Below, in pieces: positions 20,501 to 25,950 of a DNA stretch of 34,384 bases. A program made the position numbers and the translations under genes. The notes below the pieces were generated by a model. That model saw nothing but the letters and a program-made list of their open reading frames with translations. It was not told the DNA's origin and searched no databases. The stretch is from the IMG/VR virus record IMGVR_UViG_3300005512_000158, positions 1 through 34,384 of that record; one strand, 5' to 3'. Source of the DNA: a virus (Duplodnaviria > Caudoviricetes). Position 1 is the stretch's first letter; every line of letters starts with the position of its first letter.

Positions 20501-20769
20501 TAGATGATGATTTGAAAAAAAGCAGCGCATTTAAAGAAGCAAAAGGCAGTGTGCGCTTTAGCGATAAAAAAACCAGCGGCTGGGTATTTAGCACCAGCGC
20601 CATTGGCGGCACGTTTACAGAAGATTTAATGGCAGCCATAAACGTTTACGAGTTAAACCAAGGGCGCGGTGGCGCAGATAAGAGTTACGAAGATTTAAAA
20701 GCAGAAGCTAAAACCAATGGCGAACCTGCCACGGCTAAAGATGGTGTGGATGATGGTCTACCTTTTTAA
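17563..20769 (+). CDS. DnaG-type primase fused to a C-terminal P-loop helicase-like domain
   Basis: CHC2 zinc finger CPFH...CFGC; FGGR, KYIN; Toprim VEGYYD and DGDKAG; Walker A GPAGTGKD. Confidence 0.92.
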   Translation: MIHRTTIDACYDVKLTAAIEKLGTPLKKQGAQHTGRCPFHNEKSPSFHVNDAKGIYKCFGCGEGGNNAVQFYMKRKGLSYPEAVEAVANDFGIVIERTDSEQDKEYIQQQDQMQKLAAFNEAALKKWQQFDVPEDAKRHANWQEFELVYAPKANTIKDATKPAQHATLHSIGLLSYSDANEQHFDFWRHRVLFPIRNLRGQLVAFGGRAIDPNEKAKYINTKSTALFDKSKTLYGLHSAKGEIRKRGFAYIVEGYYDVMAMHAAGLANAVAPCGTALTEGHLQLLQRFTDTLVLVMDGDKAGVKAADKAARLAISNGFNVQVCVLPDGLDPDDLVQTTVKDDIQDAVTDILEANTTDGILWLSGTIYNAKDNPAERSNQLKQIAALVVAVDDPFTQQAYIADIKKALKLTGNAFERLVKDMSRTQLREDPNNTNEFEQADGKNYTLPKGINVQWSVVRKQVTDYGFFIHKQRIYMSRKGGEDDNGTVRYFFKDVSNFSIRIIQHMQDEKKPMRLVEIHNVHGRKITFDTSTDDFVSEASFKKMIEGKGNFSWMGKGTDFERLMLKLKEDMGDGRMVHILGWQPEGFWCFNNMVVKQDGTTVQPDQYGQFQVDETSYYIPSGNELYATNEFKFGPQKLVKYQEPQKPLKEYYKMMVGVHREYAYTAILFGIATVFSDIIYGQLQSFPLLFLYGPAGTGKDQLIHATQSLFGHPQPALELTGAANTAKGTMRDLAQFRNLPAHWSEFRNGKGLEDMLKGIWDRKGYKRGTIDHAFANEVLPVLSTLIYTGNDYPTNDALIDRMVALELTVSQFDAEADKRYNQLKETILQGVSGYLKQLLPLRAVFERDFWKQHKTATKALKKKLAALDVSSRMVQNAATLVATFDLVEAALPLPFTKDEYLQHLFNAYEKQITKRSTGSATMRFWECVLAAIRDKNNPLRPNFDFRLDGDSLTIQWSAVYQAYQVRCWQLFHERAESRAVLDDDLKKSSAFKEAKGSVRFSDKKTSGWVFSTSAIGGTFTEDLMAAINVYELNQGRGGADKSYEDLKAEAKTNGEPATAKDGVDDGLPF

Positions 20770-20810
20770 GTAATTATATTATGAGTAAGCAGGTTATTAC
20801 ATTTAAAAAC

Positions 20811-20843
20811 CACCACTGTAAGTAATTGAAAAACAAACAGTAA
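20811..20843 (+). repeat. 33-bp perfect direct repeat, copy 1
   Basis: CACCACTGTAAGTAATTGAAAAACAAACAGTAA, identical to 23608-23640. Confidence 0.95.
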
Positions 20844-20847
20844 ACTG

Positions 20848-21645
20848 ATGAACACCAACAAGTACATAAACGATTTTAAGGTGCACTTAGAGTGCGCAAA
20901 CTACAGCAGCAGAACAGTAAGCACATACTGTTCTTTACTTAAGCGGTTTTTAAATACCGGATGGCAGGCAGATACGCCAAAGCAGATAAACACCAACCAG
21001 CTTAAGCTGTACATAGCAAGGCAGAACTGCACCAGCACTATGCGCCAGGTACACGGAATGCTTAACCACTTTTACCAGTGTTTAGGGCAGCCGCGTAAAA
21101 TGAAGTACATACCGTATCCAAAAAAAGAAAATAGGCTGCCAACCGTGCTGCCTAAAGAAGTGATAAACCAGAAAATAAAACAGATCACTAACGTAAAGCA
21201 CCAGTGCATTTGTATGCTGCTTTACGGCTGTGGGCTGCGCGTATCTGAAATTACCAACTTAAAGCTGGCAGATATTGACAGCAAAAGGATGGCGCTAAAA
21301 GTGGTATGCAGTAAAGGCAAAAAAGACCGACTGCTGCCGCTGCCTGCACACCTGCTGTTTAAGCTTAGGCAATACTATAGAATTTACAAACCCAGCACTT
21401 ACTTGTTTGAAGGGCAGAACCAACGCAAGTACACCACCGTAAGTGTGCAGCGCATTACTAAAAAGCACTTACAGTGCAACCCACATACCTTAAGGCATTC
21501 TTACGCCACGCATAGCCACGAAAGCGGTACACCACTAGCTGTTCTGCAGCAGCTTCTTGGCCATAGCAATATTAAAACCACTATGGTTTACCTGCATATT
21601 AGTAATGCACAAATGCTTAACGCTGTAAGCCCGTTGGCGGCTTAA
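20848..21645 (+). CDS. Second tyrosine recombinase, IntI/XerD-related (SAM_4-like N-terminus, no arm domain)
   Basis: NYSSRTVSTY; LLYGCGLRVSE; KGKKDR; HTLRHSYATH; LLGHSNIKTTMVY; all catalytic residues R-K-H-R-H-Y present. Confidence 0.92.
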   Translation: MNTNKYINDFKVHLECANYSSRTVSTYCSLLKRFLNTGWQADTPKQINTNQLKLYIARQNCTSTMRQVHGMLNHFYQCLGQPRKMKYIPYPKKENRLPTVLPKEVINQKIKQITNVKHQCICMLLYGCGLRVSEITNLKLADIDSKRMALKVVCSKGKKDRLLPLPAHLLFKLRQYYRIYKPSTYLFEGQNQRKYTTVSVQRITKKHLQCNPHTLRHSYATHSHESGTPLAVLQQLLGHSNIKTTMVYLHISNAQMLNAVSPLAA

Positions 21646-21671
21646 ATTATCCAGAGTACATACAAACCTGC

Positions 21672-21699
21672 AGCCCTGCCTTAAAGGTGGGGCTTTTTT
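21672..21699 (+). terminator. Intrinsic terminator, family copy 2
   Basis: AGCCCTGCC-ttaaa-GGTGGGGCT followed by a T run. Confidence 0.8.
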
Positions 21700-21831
21700 G
21701 TACCACCTATTTACCCAACTGCTGGTGGTTTAATAAATCGGAAAATTAAATTTCGTAATTAGTGTTTAAACACTGAACTACGAAAAAGGCGCTTTTTGCC
21801 GATTCAATTTCTGAAACGTGTTTTTAGGTAC

Positions 21832-22053
21832 AGACAACTTCGGACAAATAATAAACACTTAAAAATCAATTAATTACATCTAAAAACTGTCCGAAATACC
21901 GCCCGATGTTGTCCGATGTTGTCCGAAGGTAAAAAAAACCACTTCGGACAACTTCGGACATAAAAACGTGGTTTGTCCGATGTGCTTAACTATTTAAGCA
22001 TTTGATTATTAATACGTTACTGATTTTGTCCGATGTGTCCGATGTGTCCGATG
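21832..22053. repeat. Iteron cluster (TGTCCGA/TCGGACA x10), putative replication origin
   Basis: TCGGACA at 21840, 21944, 21954; TGTCCGA at 21888, 21910, 21920, 21974, 22027, 22036, 22045; AT-rich spacers; non-coding. Confidence 0.75.
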
Positions 22054-22140
22054 CCTTTTTAAGCATCTGCCGCTTAGTTATGTAAAATTGTGTATATTGG
22101 TTGTGCTGAATTTTTACAAAAACTTAAAAAACTAGACACT

Positions 22141-22413
22141 ATGAACATCAAAGCAGAATTAATACTTAGACCCTGCACACCAGAAGATCTGGTGCACTGG
22201 TACGAAGGCGAACGCACCACGCTTAGCCGCCAACGGTTTTACGTGCGCACTAATAATAAGCTAGAGTGCTACACCATTAGCCACTTTAGTGATAAACGCA
22301 CCGTGCTGCAGTTTATGAATGAAAACCGCCTATTTATACCAGCCACAGAAGATTTAGCCGGTACACACACTGGCACCGTACTGCAAGATATAGCAGAATA
22401 TGCAGCAGCTTAA
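22141..22413 (+). CDS. Hypothetical protein whose stop codon lies in the first AAC junction
   Basis: ORF 22090..22413; ATG at 22141 follows an A-rich leader. Confidence 0.65.
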   Translation: MNIKAELILRPCTPEDLVHWYEGERTTLSRQRFYVRTNNKLECYTISHFSDKRTVLQFMNENRLFIPATEDLAGTHTGTVLQDIAEYAAA

Positions 22414-22463
22414 CGGTTAGTGTAAACGCCTGTACTTGTATGGCGTTTTACACATTGTTGTGC
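22408..22463 (+). other. attC-like site 1 (56 bp)
   Basis: GCTTAAC ... GTGTAAACGCC / GGCGTTTTACAC stem with a 1-nt bulge ... GTTGTGC. Confidence 0.65.
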
Positions 22464-23172
22464 ATAGTAGGCGGATTTAAAACAGAAAACTAAATGAAAG
22501 TACTAAACTTATACAGCGGAATAGGGGGCAACCGAAAAGAGTGGAATGGCCCAAATTTAGATATTACGGCCATTGAATACGATGAACGTATAGCAGCTAT
22601 TTATAAAGACTTATATCCTAAGGATAATGTAATAGTTGGTGATGCTCACGAGTATTTGCTTAATCATTATGAAGAATACGACTTTATCTGGGCTTCACCG
22701 CCTTGCCCCACACATTCGGTTACAAATCACTTTCTAAATGCACAAGGCGTAAAACGATACCCTGATATGGGATTGTATCAAGAAATAATCCTGCTGCAAA
22801 CATTCTTTAAAGGAAAGTATGTAGTTGAAAATGTAAAGCCATACTATGAGCCACTAATTAAACCACAAGAAAGCGGTAGGCATTATTTCTGGGCAAATTT
22901 TAAGATACCTAAATTAAAAGTGGAAAGTAGTATTGGAAGAATGGGGCCTGTAAAAAGTAAAGGGGGGGCAAGGACTGAAGGGGATAATCACCATAAATTG
23001 GGTTTTGATTTAAGCAAATACGATTATCCAAATAAAAAGAAGCTGCTAAATAACTGTGTTGCTCCCGAAATTGGAAAGGCAATATTTGAAGCTGCACTTG
23101 GAATATATCAGGCAAACAACATTAAGCAAGTAGGTTTATTTGATGCACTCAGTTAAGCCTATTATGCACAAC
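22457..23172 (+). mobile_element. IR-bounded cassette carrying the methyltransferase
   Basis: GTTGTGCATAGTAGGC (22457-22472) and GCCTATTATGCACAAC (23157-23172) are 15/16 complementary. Confidence 0.7.
22494..23156 (+). CDS. DNA cytosine-5 methyltransferase (compact)
   Basis: Motif I NLYSGIGG, motif IV WASPPC, motif VI VVENV, motif X-like NCVAP. Confidence 0.88.
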   Translation: MKVLNLYSGIGGNRKEWNGPNLDITAIEYDERIAAIYKDLYPKDNVIVGDAHEYLLNHYEEYDFIWASPPCPTHSVTNHFLNAQGVKRYPDMGLYQEIILLQTFFKGKYVVENVKPYYEPLIKPQESGRHYFWANFKIPKLKVESSIGRMGPVKSKGGARTEGDNHHKLGFDLSKYDYPNKKKLLNNCVAPEIGKAIFEAALGIYQANNIKQVGLFDALS

Positions 23173-23475
23173 GGCCACAGCTATGGGTAGCGCGTACCAC
23201 AACAACGAAACGAGATACTAACCTTAAAATTTAGAGTGCGATGGAAAGCAAATTTGATGTAGTTGCAGCATGGTGTAGATGCAATAAGATTGTTCTGGCA
23301 ATGACAACCGATGAATACCAAAGGAGTGGGAAGCCAGAGATTGATGCCTTTTTTGATATGGGGTACAAAATTGGAAGAACAACTAAAGCGGTTGCTCGAA
23401 ACTTGTTCGGGTGCGAGTGCGCAAGTCAAAACGCTTCCACGAGTGATGAAGCGTTACCTATGGCTGATGTTGTAG
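23166..23475 (+). other. attC-like site 2 expanded to 310 bp, with coding sequence in its loop
   Basis: GCACAAC-GG ... CAGCTATGGGTAGCGC (23178-23193) / GCGTTACCTATGGCTG (23451-23466) ... GTTGTAG. Confidence 0.6.
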
Positions 23476-23582
23476 GGCAAAGCGAACTGTTAGTTTGCGA
23501 ACATCTTGAAAGCGATTTGGTTGAGATAAGGAAAGGCGTTAAATTGTGTAAATGTTCGGTATGGATAGAAGAAGCAAACTAA
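23241..23582 (+). CDS. Hypothetical protein spanning two IR-bounded modules
   Basis: 113 aa; crosses the 23469 junction as ALPMADVVGQSELL; C-terminal C.H...CKC mini-domain. Confidence 0.65.
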   Translation: MESKFDVVAAWCRCNKIVLAMTTDEYQRSGKPEIDAFFDMGYKIGRTTKAVARNLFGCECASQNASTSDEALPMADVVGQSELLVCEHLESDLVEIRKGVKLCKCSVWIEEAN

Positions 23583-23593
23583 TTGCGTACAAC
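23469..23593 (+). mobile_element. Small IR-bounded cassette encoding the C-terminus of ORF 23241
   Basis: GTTGTAGGGCAA[agcgaactg]TTAGTTTGC pairs with GCAAACTAATTGCGTACAAC (23574-23593). Confidence 0.6.
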
Positions 23594-23607
23594 GGTAGGA
23601 TAAAAAA

Positions 23608-23678
23608 CACCACTGTAAGTAATTGAAAAACAAACAGTAAGAACACCCAAACCAACAAGTATTTAAAGTGCTTTAAGG
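23608..23678 (+). repeat. 33-bp direct repeat, copy 2, plus degenerate remnant of the recombinase 5' end
   Basis: 23608-23640 identical to 20811-20843; then ACCAACAAGTAtttaaagtgcTTTAAGG versus ACCAACAAGTAcataaacgatTTTAAGG in the recombinase gene. Confidence 0.88.
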
Positions 23679-23704
23679 ACCAGCATATTTAGCTGGTCCT
23701 TTTT
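23675..23704 (+). terminator. Intrinsic terminator closing the cassette array; overlaps a GTCCTTTT promoter motif
   Basis: AAGGACCAGC-atattta-GCTGGTCCTT followed by Ts. Confidence 0.75.
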
Positions 23705-23751
23705 ACATTCTGCTTACAGCCATACTTTGGTACAAACCAAGGTAAAAACCA

Positions 23752-25077
23752 ATGGCAGCAGGCAAGGAACCAGCACACAACTACACCGACCTATTTAACC
23801 AGCACCCACGTTTACCAGAGCACAGAACCTTAACTGCTTACTTTCGGTATTTACACAGTATTTATCCAGATACGCTTAGCAACACATTTAAAAAGTGGTG
23901 GTACAAAACCAATGGCGGTGCACCAGTAGCAGATACTAATACTGCAGCGCCCACCAAGGCAGATAAGCAGGTGTGGGACGAAAGCACCAACACTGCTGTG
24001 TGGCAATACGATGGCACAGCGGCCATACACACTTTACAAGATGCACTGGCATATAGTAAGGTGGATTTAGATACCTGGGAAGTAGAGCGCCACGTATTTA
24101 ATAGCTGGGAAGTAACTATGAAAGACCCAGCAGGCTTACCACTTAGGCGCGTAAACGTGCAGGTAAAAGTTTGGTTTAAAAAGCGCGTGGATGCTGGTGT
24201 AGATTGGCAGCAGGTGTTTGATAAATTACGTGCAGAACTCAAACCAAGCAAACCAAAACCAGTACCAGGTAATGGCATTGGTGTAGTAGGTACGGCAGAT
24301 TTTCATTTTGGTGCCTATGTAGATGATCTGCTGCGCAGCGATAAATTTAATATTGAAGTACTGGTGCGTTACTTAGAACAAGCAGCCGACATTATAAACG
24401 CACAGCAATACAAAGAGGTGCACCTTTGCCTGCTTGGCGATTTTATCGAAAGCTTTACCGGACTAAACCACCGCAACAGCTGGAAAGGACTTGGTAAAGG
24501 AATGTATGGTGTAAACAGCGTTGTGCTATGTTTCGAGATATTGCTAGAAAGCTTTGTGCAGCGCATTAATAATGTAGCAGCCATTTACATTGTAAGCGGC
24601 AACCACGATAGAGTTACCAGCGAAAAAGAAAACGATGCTAAAGGCGAAGTGGCAGAACTTCTGGCATACCTATTTAAAAAGCAGCTGCCAACTATTGATG
24701 TGCAATACCACCCAATGGTGCTAAGCGTTACTATTGATAATATACAGTATGTATTAACCCACGGCCATTTACCATTTGCGCAAAAAGAACTAAGTAAAGT
24801 ACTGTTTGACTATGGTAAACAAGGTATTTATAATGTACTGGTGCAAGGCCACAAGCATACCAGGCACGTAAAGAAAACAGTAAAGCGTAAGCAGTACGAG
24901 TGGAACACCACCAGCGTGGTGCAGTTAGATGAAGCAGATTACCGTGCCATTATTCTACCGCCATTGTTTACTGGCAATTTTTACAGCGAAGCGTTAGGCT
25001 TTAGCAGCAGCGCAGGGTTTAGCATTATGCAAAATAATGGGCGCGGCAAACTCAATTACTTTGATTATTGCTTATAG
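23752..25077 (+). CDS. Calcineurin-like metallophosphoesterase with N-terminal extension
   Basis: ADFHFG, LLGD, GNHD, THGH and GHKH motifs. Confidence 0.88.
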   Translation: MAAGKEPAHNYTDLFNQHPRLPEHRTLTAYFRYLHSIYPDTLSNTFKKWWYKTNGGAPVADTNTAAPTKADKQVWDESTNTAVWQYDGTAAIHTLQDALAYSKVDLDTWEVERHVFNSWEVTMKDPAGLPLRRVNVQVKVWFKKRVDAGVDWQQVFDKLRAELKPSKPKPVPGNGIGVVGTADFHFGAYVDDLLRSDKFNIEVLVRYLEQAADIINAQQYKEVHLCLLGDFIESFTGLNHRNSWKGLGKGMYGVNSVVLCFEILLESFVQRINNVAAIYIVSGNHDRVTSEKENDAKGEVAELLAYLFKKQLPTIDVQYHPMVLSVTIDNIQYVLTHGHLPFAQKELSKVLFDYGKQGIYNVLVQGHKHTRHVKKTVKRKQYEWNTTSVVQLDEADYRAIILPPLFTGNFYSEALGFSSSAGFSIMQNNGRGKLNYFDYCL

Positions 25078-25281
25078 CTGCTGCAGTATTTGAAGCAGCT
25101 GTTTAAGCGCTTGGTGCTTTTCCAGATCCTTTTCGTTTAGCAGTAGCATTTGCGCGCTGTGTTCTTTGTAAAATGCCGCCAATTCTGTGGCTGGGAATAA
25201 CAGCAGAAGGCTGTTTAATTGTTCTGCAGCTGTAGTGGTTTTGGTTTCTTGTTTTGGGGTTTTTTTAGGTGTGTATTTCAT
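25072..25281 (-). CDS. Small hypothetical protein on the minus strand
   Basis: 69 aa; fills an otherwise empty gap; converges on the phosphoesterase. Confidence 0.45.
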   Translation of the reverse strand: MKYTPKKTPKQETKTTTAAEQLNSLLLLFPATELAAFYKEHSAQMLLLNEKDLEKHQALKQLLQILQQL

Positions 25282-25443
25282 TGGTAGCTCCTTTTATTAA
25301 TTATGCAAATGCAACGTTTAAGGCCGTAATATATTTACGTTTTTAGAAAAAAATAACAACCACTACCAAAAAAAGCGCCAACTGTTTATTAATGCTTAAA
25401 ACTTGTACCTATTTATTAAGCAGCTGCTGCTTATGTTTACAAT

Positions 25444-25899
25444 ATGGCACTGCAGATAAGCATAAACTTACCGTGCAAACCTTATGTGGCGCACTACCTG
25501 CGCAACAAGTTTGGCAGCCCTTTGCAAATAAGTAGAAGCGCTGCAGAAGGCAAAATGCTTTTTAATTTGCTAGAACGAGCGCGGCACGATACTGACCTTA
25601 AAACAGCACGCTACACCGAAATAGTAGAAGTACTACTGGCAGAAGGTATTTACCTGCGCCACGGCTGGGAATTAACACCCACAGCCATTACCGAGTTTAA
25701 CAACTGGCTGGAAGAAATACTTAAAGAGCGTTTTGTGGTGCACGTAGATGCCTGCACCAGTTATGGTATTAAAAAAGCGGTAGCCATACGCGATTGGCAA
25801 GATAATTACAACTTTCCAGAAGATGTTTGGAAGTTTGAAACACTTAAAAAATACCACGATAGGCGCGAAAAAGCACGCCAATGCTTAAAAGTGGCTTAA
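25444..25899 (+). CDS. Putative transcriptional regulator (late activator candidate)
   Basis: N-terminal beta-alpha ISINLPCKPYVAHYL (RHH-like) and basic C-terminal helices FETLKKYHDRR; precedes the head genes. Confidence 0.45.
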   Translation: MALQISINLPCKPYVAHYLRNKFGSPLQISRSAAEGKMLFNLLERARHDTDLKTARYTEIVEVLLAEGIYLRHGWELTPTAITEFNNWLEEILKERFVVHVDACTSYGIKKAVAIRDWQDNYNFPEDVWKFETLKKYHDRREKARQCLKVA

Positions 25900-25950
25900 A
25901 AGTTATGCGTAAAGTGTCCTTAATAATAAGCAGCATTTGATTAAAAGTAT

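Noticed and set aside
20781-20825. 14-codon ORF upstream of the second recombinase
   Set aside because: Too short to support; overlaps the 33-bp repeat, which is better explained as a DNA site
21832-22053. Repeat cluster as a CRISPR array
   Set aside because: Repeats are only 7-10 bp, in both orientations, with irregular spacing; no cas genes
22457-23172. IS or MITE with terminal inverted repeats
   Set aside because: No transposase and no target-site duplication; IR ends are shared with adjacent modules
23181-23429. 82-aa minus-strand ORF inside module 2
   Set aside because: Antisense to ORF 23241, whose orientation matches the rest of the array; no motif support
22408-23593. Canonical integron
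   Set aside because: The recombinase lacks the IntI insertion, is co-oriented with and ~760 bp from the array, R' cores deviate from GTTRRRY and one site is 310 bp; reported as integron-like only
22408-23593. Classical shufflon or invertible segments
   Set aside because: IR sequences differ between modules and all cargo is co-oriented; inversion cannot be fully excluded without reads
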